From Negaprion brevirostris (Eukaryota): a stretch of 64,000 nucleotides of DNA. This document shows, piece after piece, positions 37,500 to 50,845 of this stretch; the first letter of the stretch is position 1, and the number at the start of each line of letters is the position of its first letter. The notes below the pieces were generated by a model. It was not told the DNA's origin, ran no database searches, and saw nothing but the letters and a program-made list of their open reading frames with translations. The position numbers and the translations under genes were made by a program. The stretch is from NCBI GenBank assembly GCA_030324005.1, contig JARDVH010000130.1, positions 8,343,924 through 8,407,923 of the forward strand, given 5' to 3'.

Positions 37500-37832
37500 T
37501 ACGGAACCCCTACAATGCAGAAGGATACCATTCGATCCATTGAGTCTGCACCAACACTCTGACAGAACATCCCACCCAGGCCCATCCTTCCATCCTAGCC
37601 CTGTAACCCCACTGCTAACCAATGTATCTTAGGGCACCAAGGGGCAATTTAGCATGATCAGTCCACCTAACCTGCACATCTTTAGGCTGTGGAGGAAGCT
37701 GGAGCACCCAGAGGAAACTCACGCAGACACGGGGAGAACGTGCAAACTCCATAGACAGTCACTCAAGGCTGGAACCAAACCCAGGTCTCTGGCACTGTGA
37801 AGCAGCAGTATAATTATTGTGCCACCATGCCA
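37500..37832 (-). mobile_element. HE1/V-SINE-like SINE
   Basis: Full antisense match including tail, V-domain and tRNA-like head. Confidence 0.85.
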
Positions 37833-38327
37833 CTCTTAAATAATAGTGGTGGTTGCTGTCTCTGGAGACCTCACAAAGAGAATATGACATGACACCAATA
37901 TCCCAAAGATATCAGAAGGAATTGATCTCAGCCACTTTTCAATTTTCTGCATGAGTTGGAGGGAAAGAAGAGTGGATAGAAATAGTGAACTATGAAATTT
38001 TTTGGCAATCTGGGCTTCACATTTTGAAATTGGTGTTCGCAAACAATTAATTGAGAGCCATCAAATAAACCTGACAGAAATAAAGCAATCTCAGTATCTA
38101 TGAGCAATTTTGTACTGTATGAGTTTTATTAGGAAGGTACATGTTAAAAAAAAATCAGGTTACGCAATAGTTTACACAAAATTGCACCAAGTGTTTAAGC
38201 TATCAAAATTGAAGTTAAAAATCTGTAGTGTGTCCTTAGAATATATTATGAAAATTTATCACACCAATTAAAATACCATTATCAGAAACTTAACTAGCTA
38301 GAAAGATTGTAAAATATTATCACCTAC

Positions 38328-38393
38328 ATCAATGTCCAGGTTTTCACGTCTGTGGCTGTACAAAGTTTCTCGATAATCATCCTGTTGGGCCAA
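38328..38393 (-). CDS. PLEKHA5: PLEKHA5 coding exon (LAQQDDYRETLYSHRRENLDID)
   Basis: Acceptor tttctag, donor GAT/gtaggt; 66 nt, phase 0-0; homologous to LSQDEGRGTLYKYRPEEVDID. Confidence 0.88.
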
Positions 38394-38924
38394 CTAGAAA
38401 AACATGAATAAGAAAAAGTGATTGAGTTAAAATCTCAGTAGATTAACTGAAGAAGGTAAGACCAGCAATCCGGTGCTCCCAGCAGTTAGCCTAACTTGAA
38501 AGGAGTTTTGAAGACAGGGCGAGAACACTATAATGCTGATTCTTCAATCTATGCTTAGTTCAAACAAGGTTTCCACTGGGATCATGGGATTGGTGAATTT
38601 AGCTTTGGAGTTGGAAAAAAAATCAATTTATTTTTGCCTTGAAATATGAAAATTCAGGTGATCTTTGCTAAGAAAGACATGATATCATTCCACAGAAAAT
38701 AATGTTTTTCAGAGATAAAGAAATACTTGACAAAAGGTTATAGAATGCATTCTTAAAAAAATTACACATTATACTCAAAATAGGTAAAAGATTAACTTGT
38801 TGAAAATGGGTTCTTTGAAAAATAATGCACAGATGCAAAATGCACTTGTATATTATTCTTTGGCCTGAAATTTGAATGTAATTGCTAATTTCTGTAGTGA
38901 CAAATTGAAGGCCAACATTCAAAA

Positions 38925-39120
38925 ATCAAAGCAAAATACAGATGTTCGAAATCTGCACAAACTGCAGAAGGTACTAGAAATACTCCGCAGGTCAGGTAGC
39001 ATATGTGGAGAGAGAAACAGAGTTAACATTCTTCAGAAAATTCAAAAAATTAACTATTTTTCTCTCTACAGATGCTGCCAGCCCCACTGCATATTCCCAG
39101 CAGTTTGTTTGTATTTCATA
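38925..39120. mobile_element. Short Penelope-derived fold-back element
   Basis: Arms ggtagcatatgtggagagagaaacagagttaa / ttaactattttctctctacagatgctgcc are inverted copies. Confidence 0.6.
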
Positions 39121-41252
39121 AATCATATCAAGACGCAACATTTTTACAGATGAGTATCTATAGCCTAAAATTTATGAACCACTTCCTTAACAACAACAAT
39201 CTACCTTTTACCACCACATCTCAAATGATGAAGTAAAAGTTGGGGTTTGCCAGACCCATGATGGCAACAGTTTTGCAAACAGTGTGGTCAAATTTAATGC
39301 AAACTGCTCAACAGAAATGTGATCCATTACGATTTCTTCTTCAGGTCTATAGAGCAGAGAGTGCAGAGTTCCCAGTATCAAGATGTAGTAAACAGGGTCT
39401 TATGGTTAACAATACTATAGCAATGAGTTAAATCGCATTGCTGTATAGTAACCAGCAATAAAGCAAAAACTTTTAACATGCTCCAAAGCTATGAAATAAT
39501 AGCAGTGCTAAATTCAATTGATATGATGATAAGAAAATGCCACAAATTTGTAACACGTAGTTCACATTTGTAAAAGGTATATAACATGCAGAAAAGATCC
39601 CATCCACATCATTTTAATACTATTAGAAAAATCTATTTTTTATTGGACAACCGTAAACAGTAAATTCAGATTCTGAATGCCATGTAATGTACACTTCATG
39701 TCTGCAAGTTGCCATTAAAACAGGTAAAGGAAAAAAGCAATGCAAATTGGAAATAAAACTTCTGCATGGGCACACAAAATATATTGGTAGCATGTCTCGT
39801 ACCCAATTATTTTGCTTTTGAAGGTTTATGTCGTTGCTGTCAAATGGCCAGCCAACTCCTATAGTGTATTTCGTGTAATTGGCACTGGTCAATTTCACCC
39901 CTTCAAGTAAACAATTAACTAGGGATGACAGAATATTGACACAATGATCTCACCATAGCTCATATAACTGTATGTTGCCTTAAATCGGTCATCTCATTGA
40001 AGTATTTTTCAAGTAAATATGACTTATGCCTATTTTTAAAATCCAAGTTTAGTTAACGTCGAATGCTCCTCCTTTTCATTCCTTTAACTGCATTAAGCAT
40101 AAATCAATTTTATAGAAGGCTTGTTCAACTACAAAAGCAGCAGGATTGCTTCCTGTTTACTATGAAAGAATTGCAGTCTAGTCAACCCTCAGGTCTTTTT
40201 TTACTAAAGAAACCTGAGGCTTCCATCTTGCTGTCCCAGTTTTATTTGAGCTGTTAGCACACTTGGCTTTTAAGGGTGAAACTGCACTTGCTTAAAATAC
40301 AGCCGTGAATCAGATTTTGGGTTATTAACCTGCAATACCTAATCCAAGAAAAAATGATAGTCTCTCAGCTGAACACAAGTTATAGTCACTTACAATTTCT
40401 ATTAGGAAGCACGTGGAATAATGACATTCTCAGAATAAATGTCTATAGCATCACCAAACATACCTTGAATCTTATCTTAAGCATATAAAATCGAAGAAAG
40501 AATGAACACAAACTACATCATTTCTGCTTCTTCTGCTGTCATACACTATTTACAATTAAACATGCCATCACAACTGCCATGCAGAAACACTGAGCAATGT
40601 TGAAGAAAGACACAGTAGGGAAATATATTTGCGATCAACTTCAGGTTACTCTGTGGAGACACACTGAGGGTATATGAGTGGGGGTCGGTGTATGAATAAG
40701 CAGCAGTGCTATATTTATACTTCAGTAAAATTTTACAAAATAATTATGCTTTCGTTTATTTAAAAAGCAACTTGAATTTCAGAACAAAATGAATTAGAAA
40801 TATTTGGCAACAGAATTCCAGTCAAGCTTTAGTTACCTCAGGGTGCAAGACTGGCCCACATTTATATATGTTAGGAACCCATTTCACTAATTTGTTTTGG
40901 TTTGATTTATTACTATAACAAATCAGTGAATTCTTTTTCTCATGTTTGATTTCATTTCCTGCTCCAGGTGAGATTAGATTCAGTCTGGAGCTTGTCAGCC
41001 TTGTTCATATAATTCCAAAACCAGATCTAAAACATATGGGAGCATCTTCAGCAGAAATTGCAGTAAAGCATAACATATCTTGTGGATGGTAAAATAAGCC
41101 ATGCCAACACTATTCCAGCATGGTTCAAATGCACGGATGAATGTCATTGAAGTAAATGAGAACTCTAGGGTATGATTTAAGTGTAATAAACTGAAAGCTG
41201 CCATACACAGGGCTCTGTGATTAAGCAAAGCAACCAATATCCAAGACCTTAC

Positions 41253-41333
41253 TTGCTTGTATACTTGTGGCCTTGGTGCTGAGTTCTCAATCATAGTGTG
41301 AACCGAGGCGATTAAAGGTTCATTTTCTTTCAT
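41253..41333 (-). CDS. PLEKHA5: PLEKHA5 coding exon (MKENEPLIASVHTMIENSAPRPQVYKQ)
   Basis: Acceptor aatag, donor CAA/gtaagg; 81 nt, phase 0-0. Confidence 0.9.
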
Positions 41334-43392
41334 CTATTTCAAATCAGGAGGAGCATACAGTAAACATCAGTTTACAGCATGGCTGGATTTAAAAGATGAA
41401 ACAGTGATTATAGCTCCTGCTTTTTAGAGTCAATACCAAAGCCTTTTGCAAGCATTATACACCAAACTGAAAAGGTTACTTTAGGGATATCAGATATATG
41501 AAATTGAAAATGAAAATCAGTTTACAAGTCTGATTATAAAATTCTGTGGTCAACACTTTAGTAGGAATTAATCAATTGGGTTCATTTTTTAAGCAAATTT
41601 GTAACAACTCAACAGGCTTTTGTTTATTTTAAAGAAATAATATTTTCGGCATAATACTATGGTGAAATGCTTGAAACTCAGGCAAAATACTTCCTTTTCC
41701 TGCAGTAAGAGGTAAAATATGGAATTTCCTAGTTTACCTTTTTTTTTAATATCTAAGCACTCAAAACAAGGATTTATTTTATGGAGCTATAACTGATTCA
41801 ATAATATCATCTCTTACCTCCCACAACAGCCAGAAGTTTATAAACAAATGATTTTTTTCCAGAGAGAAAGAATCATCACAAAATCCTAAATGCTAACAGA
41901 AAATGCATGTATACATACTGATGTATCTCAGTCCTTCCAGCGGGAGATTTTACAAGATCTCCTTTCTATGATGAGATATATTGTTTTTGATGTTAGACAA
42001 AAGCCTCTCTGCAAATTATCTGCTCACAGGCAGCCGACCAAAGTATAACCTCTGGGTATAATGAAGGACTATTACACACCAACATGTATGTACACAAATC
42101 TTGGTAACATAGCGTGCTTTAAGTTTTTGCATTGAATTGAAGTTGCAGTCAACATTTAAAGATCAACTACAACGTATGCTGACAAAATAATGTTGCAGTT
42201 TAATACAATATTATTTGAAAAGGTCAAAATAACAAACCAAAATTAATTCAAGACACCGGGCGGAATCTTGTCACCTTAGTTTTACTCTGAATGTCAGGGT
42301 GATTTTTGGGTCAACCCAGTCATGAGTAGCAGGACTTCTGGTTGGACTTTCCGGAAGACATTGAATTAGAAACCACCTCTGCGATCACCGTCCATTGGCA
42401 GGCGGGAAGGCGAGTCGGGACTGCGCTTGTGTGCACAGGACTCAAAAGGCTACTAACAACCATTACAGTGGCTACGCAGAAATTTGTACTGTCTTGATTT
42501 GGAGGGCTACTTCTGCAGCCCTATTGGGTTGTGGAAGTTTCCTAAAAAAACAACCAACAATCTCTTTGCCAAGAGCTCTATCATCAATATCAGCCTCAAA
42601 AGCCTGCTCTAGCCATTACAGGCCTTTGCCAATGGCTGACCTCAAGATTGTGGCTTTATAATACTGCATATAAGTTGTGAGGCCTCATTGCCACCTGCCT
42701 CCTGTCTAATACCATGTCTCAGATGTTGCAAATGACCCTCTACTGTTGGCAAATAGCCACTGAAGACACAAGACTTCTCTCAAATGCCTCCTTAAATACT
42801 TCAATTGCCTTCCTGCACTGCCAGGCTGGCTGCTGACAAGACCTCCAGTCCTTCCCTTGGGAAAGGTAGGAGATGGGAAAGGGTCAGAATACCTGCCCAA
42901 CATCTTTGAACACCCATCAGCCTCCAAATCCACCTCCAATGGCCTGGGAAAATTTCCCTCATTAAGTGGTCATCAATCTTCAATCATCCAAGCAGCTTCT
43001 TAAGCTTCTATTACTCACCTTTTTTTCAAACAAAAATCTCAAATAGGCAGCTTAAAGCAGTATGAGCTGAGCTTCCCCAGGGAGTTCTCTGTGGTGTCTA
43101 AAAATGGTTTTACTTCGGTGAAATTGTTCCTGTCGAGCAGGTCATCATTACGTTCCAAACTGCTGTTATTTGGTTCAATTTACAGGGAATGGGGGCATTG
43201 AGAAGAGATGCCAAATGACAAAGCATCAGAAACCCAGACTGGAAACAGCAGCAGATAGTTTCATAATTCTCGTCATTTGGAATGAGGGTTATTTGTAACC
43301 AGGCCAGTTGAGGTATTCTTGGTGGCACACAAAAGTAAGCCATGCACTGGGAAACGGAAGATGAAGAAAAATGAATTTTCTAGTATTCCCAC

Positions 43393-43446
43393 CTGGTAAT
43401 CCAAATACACGAGGTTTCTTTGAAGGTGATGAATAAGGATATCACT
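43393..43446 (-). CDS. PLEKHA5: PLEKHA5 coding exon (SDILIHHLQRNLVYLDYQ)
   Basis: Acceptor ctgttag, donor CAG/gtggga; 54 nt, phase 0-0; resembles the recalled NEILSHHLQRNTIYLDHQ. Too short for the ORF track. Confidence 0.88.
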
Positions 43447-43814
43447 CTAACAGGCAGCAATGAAGAAGAACAGAGAATGTAAAATAAGAAAGAAGAGAAA
43501 CAACAGCAGAATATAATCATTTGAAAAGGAAATACTGCAATTTAAAGAAACATTCACTGACACAAGGTTGCATCTGTGTCTGTCAATTCATGAATCAGCA
43601 GCTCAGTTATGAGTGAAAAAGCGAATTTAAACATTTATTTGAAAAGTACATTAATCAGTCTTGATTAAGAAGAAAATGAAAAGGAAGAAATTGCAAGGTT
43701 ATGGAAAAAAGGCAGGAAATCGGAAATAATTAGTAGCTCCTTCAAAAGCACAGGCATGATGGATTAAATGGACTCCCTCAATACTGTATCATCTATTCTT
43801 TTGTAAGTTAATCC

Positions 43815-44095
43815 ATGGAATCCCTACAGTGCAGAATGAGGCCATTTGGCCCATCGAGCCTGCACCGACCACTATCCCACCCAGCACCTATGTATTCGCC
43901 CTGCTAATCCCTTGACACTACGGTCAATTTAGCACGGCCAATCCTCCTAACCCACACATCTTTGGACTGTGGGAGGAAACCCACTCTGACACGGGGAGAA
44001 TGTGTAAACTCCACACAGGCAGTAACCCAACCCGGGAATTGGACTCAGGTCCCTGGCGCTGTGAGGCAGCAGTGCTAACCACATTGCCACCATGC
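43815..44095 (-). mobile_element. HE1/V-SINE-like SINE
   Basis: Antisense match ending ggcgctgtgaggcagcagtgctaaccac. Confidence 0.85.
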
Positions 44096-44665
44096 TAGTT
44101 TTAATATAGTTTTTTGGAAGTAACGGACTACTTAAAGCTGATCAGTATGCAGTTGGGTGAAATGAGCACAAGCAGCACAACAGGTTTGGTTGTTTAGTAC
44201 AATATCACATAAATAAGACATTTCTCTCCCAGATGCAGTTCACAGAACAAGTGCCATATACAGTCAGGGACAAAATCAGTTCAGTTCAGCATTTTGGGTT
44301 TGAAGTATATTTTTACAATTACCCCGATGTAACTTCTATTTTAAAGAGAAAAAACATGGTTAACCCTACAAGCATGGAGACCATCACATATAATCTTACT
44401 GGTTAGTGCAGGAAGACAATTTCAACAAAAGCAAGCTATTAATTTTTATAATTTGAAATCAATAAAGGATGGAGCAGTTTTCCATTTTTATATTCTGCAA
44501 AAAGATTAGAAATTCAATCACATCCAAATGTTGTCATGAAAGGACAGCCTTGGTAAACATTTCAAGCTAAAATAAAAACTTGATGAGCACAACCACACAA
44601 ATCAGTAATGGATGAATGGACTACAGGACAATGGTGATGGAGTACAAGATCATTTTAGAGCTGAC

Positions 44666-44785
44666 CTTGGGATTTGCGTCACTGAGATTCAGCTGCACAA
44701 GCTGTGCTGCTGTGTGCTCCCGGATGCTGTTCAGTTCTGCTTGCTGCCGCCTCAGCTTGATTAGCAGCAGCGTCAGCTCCTCTGG
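44666..44785 (-). CDS. PLEKHA5: PLEKHA5 coding exon (PEELTLLLIKLRRQQAELNSIREH...ANPK), long-isoform type
   Basis: Acceptor ctgcag, donor AAG/gtcagc; 120 nt, phase 0-0; matches the recalled long-isoform insert PEELTLLLIKLRRQQ. Confidence 0.9.
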
Positions 44786-45751
44786 CTGCAGGTATGCAGT
44801 TTGGGGAGCCAAAAAAAAGGGGAAACAACATTAATTTGTTAAGTAGATTATCGAAAAGTGCACGGATCTCTGAAAAGTAGAAGCAGAACTAAATTAATCA
44901 AATATTAACACCAGGCTTCACTGTCAGGATGAAGAGCATTATAGATTAAATTGTCACAACATCTAATCATGTTTTGGCAGGTAGTTGTGTGCCGACAGCG
45001 AGAGATATCTGGATACAATTCACAACGAATTGCTTTTCTTTTTAACCCCTGTGCAGGTGCAAAACCAGAGAAGAATCAACGTTTATATAAAATCAACAAG
45101 CTCTTTCAAAACACATGGAGGTGCCTAACTTCTCTGGACACATGCCAGAGCATGTTACATGCAACCCATCAAAAACTGGTCAAGCATAATTCCTCCAGGG
45201 GAGTTTCTTTTGAGACCTGACTGCAATAGATCCAGTTAACATTTTTACTGAAACGCATCTTGCGCAGTTTGAAGTTCTTTCACATTTTGTAACAATATTT
45301 GAAGTCAGTGCATTGTTTTCCCAGCGATCAAATGAATGGGGTCACTTTTATTCAGATGACCAATGGAAGATATTGAATCATTACTTTATTCGTACCAAAA
45401 TCAAACTATCTCAATATTGAAAATTCATTCAAATTTCTTCAAAATACCTTTCATATTTTTTGGCCCACATCATAAAGAGTTTAACTTGACTACAATGAAT
45501 TCTGGATGAGAATTTGTCAGTTCTCATTAGAGATCACATGCAACTAAAGATCAGGTAGAGGATTTCTTCCTGAAATCAATCAGCCAACACTGCTGTATAT
45601 TTTCAACAGCCATAGGTTATATACTTATAGCTTTAGAGAAAATAGAAATATATAAAACAAATCATCACCTACTTTTTTTGCTCAGGGCTGAAAACAACTT
45701 GCCCAGTAATAAATACTTTTCCAGCTTTTCTTGAGTTGAAAGAACAATGCA

Positions 45752-46155
45752 GCAAACTTGCATTGATGTGTCACCTATCATGACCGGAGAACATTTCAAA
45801 GTTCTTGACAGCCAATGAACTATTCATGAAGTACTATTTTGATACACAGAAATGTGGTGATATATGTGCATAGACCAAAGTCCCACCAACATTAAGGAGG
45901 AAAAATAAATCAGATAATGCGTTTTAGTGATATTAGTTGAGGGATAAACGTCAGTCAGGACATGCAGACAACTTCCCTGCTCTACTTCAGTGTCAAGGGA
46001 TCTTTAGCACTGTACAATGAACATCTTGGATTATCATCTCATCTGAAACTCAGTATCTGTGACAGTCCAGCACTTACTCTGTACAGCACTAAAATGTCAA
46101 CCTAGATTATGTGCTTAATTCTCTGACGTGGAGCATGAACCCTCAACCTTCTGAC
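45752..46155 (-). mobile_element. Deu-domain SINE (SacSINE1/AmnSINE1-like), old copy
   Basis: gttgagggataaa...tccctgctct...catctcatctgaaa...tgtcaacctagattatgtgct...gaaccctcaaccttctgac matches the recalled antisense Deu-SINE consensus. Confidence 0.65.
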
Positions 46156-46164
46156 ATTAAACAA

Positions 46165-46620
46165 CAGGACATTTAGAAGAATGTTGCCAAGGCTTGAAAA
46201 TTGCAGCTATGAGGAAAGACTTTATAGGTTATGGCTGTTTTCCTTTGAACAGAGGAGGCTGAGGGGCGACCTGATAGAGGTGTTCAAAATTATGAGGAGC
46301 CTAAACAGAGTAGACAGGAAAGACCTGTGTCCCCGATCTGAAGGGTCAATTGCCTGGGGCCATAAATTTAAGGCGATGGGTAGAAGGGTTATAGAGGACG
46401 TGAGAGAAAATACTTTCACCTAGAGGGTAGTGGGTGCCTGAAATTCACTGCCTGTCAAGGCTGAAATGCTCAATGCATTTAAAAAGTACCTGGATCTGCA
46501 CCTGAAGTGCTGTAACCTGCAAGACTTCAGACCATATGCTGGAAGGTGGGATTAAAATGAATGATCAGTTTTTTTTGTTTGCTTGACTGGCTGAATTGCT
46601 TCTTTTAGCACCATAACCGA
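46165..46620 (+). mobile_element. CR1 LINE 3' fragment
   Basis: SYEERLYRLWLFSFEQRRLRGDLIEVFKIM. Confidence 0.9.
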
Positions 46621-49600
46621 TCTCTGGCTCTAAGGATATAAACAGAAAAATTTCCCTAGTCAAAATATCCTGATTTCGTTGTTCCCTTACAGAATTTTAT
46701 ACGATGGGAACTCAAAGTCAGGATCTAGGCCCAAAAGTTTGCAGCCTGAACAATTTCCCATTTATTGCGAACAGGAAATCATTAAAGCTGAGAATCAGGC
46801 ATATTCTACAATAGGAGGGGGTTTAACCCGTAAGCTATCCTGTCCTCTGGGTCTGCAGGGCCAATATTAGGTGCAAGTCATGGGAGGATTTTCAGAATCC
46901 CATTCAATGACCTTTGATTGATCAATATAGCTCTTGTTAAAACAAACCTCTCCAAATCAAGCTTTAAAAAAGTGGCCTGGAGCATTTCTGCAATTTTTCT
47001 AGTCACTTCCTTAAAACCAATATGCTTAAATCTCCATTTCCATCCCAACTTTATGTCAAAGTCTGTTTTTTTTAAGGATTGCATTTCTTTTAATTAACCT
47101 TCGCAAGTTAAACTTGTGGCAGGTGAAAAGTTAATTTCAGCAGATCTTAAAACAGAAATTTTGTCCCAGTAACTTCTAAAATAAATTTTCCCAGAAGATT
47201 ACAAGCAGAGAACAGAGACTCATTTGCCATCCAATGCAGCAGCAGAGGTAATTATACACAGCACCAAGCGTATGCAATGTCAATCTGTACTTTTGTTACT
47301 ATTGAGGTTAGCCAAAATAAAACAAATCTATCAAAATCCAGGTTATCCTGACATGTTTCAAACTGGGTCACCTCTTATGCATCACTTATTGAAAGCTAAA
47401 TGTAAAAAGGAATTTTTTTCACACTGACCACAAACAAAGCATTGTTTAACCAATTATTTGTCTTATTTTGTTGGAGATAAAATATTCTAGCATTCACGAC
47501 AAATGAGTCTGTCAAACTGAAACAATATGAAGATACATGTTAGAGAAGGAAAGAGAAATGAATGAAACAATTTTCAAATAGCATGCTTTTAATTTTTAGA
47601 CTGAACAAAACCAACAAGAAAGCACTGGTCTTGATTTTGTGGTCTACAGCAAAGCAATGGCGCCCACCCCTTAGCAAATCAAGTTGATCACAAAGATTGA
47701 GTAATTTCAATGGTGCAAACTTCTCTTTTCCTGACAGCAGTTTCTATCTAGCACCAAACCCAGGGAGCCCTAGGTATCCAGCAATGATAATGATTAGCAG
47801 CCAATTACATTTAAATATTCTCTCAGACAGCAAAACAGGGTGAAAAATGTACTGGCTAACCTTCATTTTTCATAAATTTTACAGGGAACAAAATAACTAA
47901 TTGGAACATACTTAAAATCTGAAATATCTTTAACTTTAAAGAAAATATAAATCTGCAATCATCAGATTGAAAAAAGAAAAATAAACAATATTTTCCAGGG
48001 TCAAAGACATTAAGCAACGAGTTATGAATTAGTAGAATTAAAAAGTTATATTTTATTAATAAAATAAAACTTTGAGGGTAATCAACAACAATATTATAGT
48101 GTAACAGGAAATACTTTCATCAGTTCAATGACTTTTAATTGATCGTACTCTGTGGGGATTTCAACAGGGCACCCTACAGAGAAGGTACTGTATGCTAACA
48201 GAGGTCATTTGCTAATTGCTTTTTGGGATGTGTTCTTCCATTATGAATGAGAATGCTTTAAACTGTGTGGCGGCATGCTGAAAAGTTTCTGGTTGAATGC
48301 CACCTTTACTAAGTTTTCACTTCAGGTTATTCTTGAGTGATTTGTTCTGTACCCTACTGACCTTGTTCTTGTAAACAGTTCATTGCATGTATGGCTTTAG
48401 AACTGAAGTGTAGAGACAGCCCACCAATGCCAGCCATTTTATTCACAATTGCAATGCTGGTATATGCATTGTACCATTTTGGTGCTCATCAGCTTCCTTA
48501 ATTCTTAATAATATGTGATGCATGTTTGCAATATTTTGCATGACAATTGTAAAATTCACACTTGTAATTGAATACACGCAGCTTTGTCTTTGGTTTGGAA
48601 GATGTAGGAACACCCAGGTTTGCCTTAACTATGAATCATATTGCCTAGGAAGACATTATGAGAAACACAATTGCCACGAGATCAGATTTGTTGCAAGGTC
48701 GCTCCAGCCAAATCTAACACGTAACTTGGATTTTTTTTCATGCAAGTAATCGATCTGCAGCACAAACATGACCAGTGACCTGACCAATATGCCGTAGCTT
48801 AACCTTCTGGGCAGGTGCATTACTATCAGTGAGTAAAAGGTCACAGCACTTTGATTAAAATTACAAGTGCTGTCTGGAATTACATATGTTAACATGCTTG
48901 CTCACATCTATTGTGGGATCATAGAGAACAGCTACAAAAGAAAACTGTTGAAAAGGCGAGGGCAACTATACTTTGCATTATTAGTTATAGAAACTTCATT
49001 ATTTGAGCTGTCACCATCAATTCCTGTGCCTGTAAGGTTGTGGAGTTCGGCTCCATGATGATGAACTAATCAAAAGAACAACCTATCTCAGTAGCTTCCA
49101 GATCTTATGCTGCAAACTAAATTTAAGGCCCTTGTGATAGGCATCAATCAATGCATTGCTCTTGCAGCAAGTCATAATACAAAAGCAAAACACTGACTCT
49201 TGCTGAAGCAAAATACACAGAATACAATAGCATCATTTGCAGGAGAGACAGTGCAGGTTGAATCTTACTCAGATCCTGCAACCTTTCACCCACATCCTGA
49301 GCGCCTTGCTGGGTAGGCAATTGAGCCGGTCTTCCGGCAGTTTCTGGAGACTGGAATGGGGAGGCTTTTGATCCACCACCACACTTTTGCACCGACAGGG
49401 CTTCTTCCTGGTGAAGGATTGGATTATGGGGAAAAGATTCCAGAGCAGCAGATTCAGAAACTGCAGGAAGACCGCAACATTATAAATTTGAAGAAAATGT
49501 CTAAGCTGAACTAACTATATACATATTTGGAAGCACTAAAGCGCATGGAAGTTGTCTGAGGCACGCTGCTCAGTATCTACAAGCAGGAGTAGTGTGTTGC

Positions 49601-49825
49601 ACAAAATGTCCATCATTGTCTGCATTGAGTTTTCAAATTGGTTTTGGATGAATACAAATTAATAAGAATTCACAGTTCTGCTCTGAGTGCGCGTTAAAAA
49701 GATGCTGCTATCCAGTTATGATGATTTGAACAGTGCCATTTTTAGTCCTGGAATCTGCCACCTGTCACTCCAAATGACATCACACAGCAGCATGCTCGGA
49801 GCACGCCGGTGGCAGGAACCACAGT

Positions 49826-50030
49826 CAAAGTAAAATTCTGCAAATGCTGAAAATCTGAAATAAAAACAGAAAATGCTGGAAATGTTCAGCAGGATAGTCA
49901 GCATCTGTGAAGAAAAAAAAGACTTAATAATGCTCCAGGTCTGTGCAGGTTCTGATGGAAGATCACAGACCTGAAACATTCATTATTTTCTCTGTCTGAC
50001 GTGCTGAGTATTTCTAGCATTTTGTTTTAA
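49826..50030. mobile_element. Short Penelope-derived fold-back element with a decayed hammerhead-like core
   Basis: Arms aaaacagaaaatgctggaaatgttcagca / tgctgagtatttctagcattttgtttt; ctgatgg-agatc-aca-gacct-gaaa. Confidence 0.6.
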
Positions 50031-50414
50031 TTTTTCCTGCAGTTCTGGGACCATGAATTTATCAACTGTTCCAGTTTGTACAGAACTACACCATGCTTCA
50101 GGCACGGTGTGCCTTTGGGCAGTTTTCTACATTAAAGGCACTGTATAAATACATACAAACATCCAAAATAGGAGCAGAAGTAGGCCATTCAGCCCCTTGA
50201 GCTTGCTCCACCATTCAACAAGACCATTTTGTTCTGTTTGTGTACATTCCCATTTAGCTCTGATAACCCATGATTTTTTTTTTGCTCTAACAAAGATACA
50301 CTGCCTTCAGAGTACTGGTGTCGTGCAACCCTTTTAAGAGGGAAATAGTCCTTATCTCTATCTATAAGGGTGACCCCTAACTTTAAAACAGTGCCTCCTA
50401 GGTGGGATGGCACG

Positions 50415-50845
50415 ATGGCGGGATGGCACAGCGGTTAGCACTGCTGCCTCACAGCTCCAGAGGTCTGGACTCGATTCCCAGCTTGGGTCACTGTCTGTGT
50501 GGAGTTTGCCCAAGCAAATTACACAGAATACAACAGCATCATTTGCAGGAGAGACAATGCAGGTTGGATCTTACCCAGAGCCTGAGTCCCTTGCTGGGTA
50601 GGCAATTGGGGAACTGTATTCTCCCTGTGTCTGTGTGGGTTTTCTCTGGCTACTTCAGTTTCCTCTCACAATCCAAAGATGCGCAGGTTAGGTGCACAGG
50701 CCATGCTAAACTGCTGCTTAGTGTCCTGGGTTGCGTAAATTAAAGGGATTAGCATGGTAAACATGTGGAGTTATGGGCATAGGGGCTGGGTGGGATTGTT
50801 GTCAGAGCAGCCTCGGTTTGCACCGTAGGGTTCTATGATTTTATA
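50415..50845 (+). mobile_element. HE1/V-SINE-like SINE containing a captured 97-bp local sequence
   Basis: SINE consensus is interrupted at 50512-50608 by a copy of 49206-49323. Confidence 0.85.

Noticed and set aside
38322-38327. Alternative donor 4 nt downstream (GTAG/gtgata) of exon 38328-38393
   Set aside because: It would frameshift the next exon; the proximal gtaggt donor is canonical and in frame.
41919-42008. Exon-like segment with a tttgcag acceptor and gtatgt donor
   Set aside because: It has stop codons in all three frames; the expected exon was found at 43393-43446 instead.
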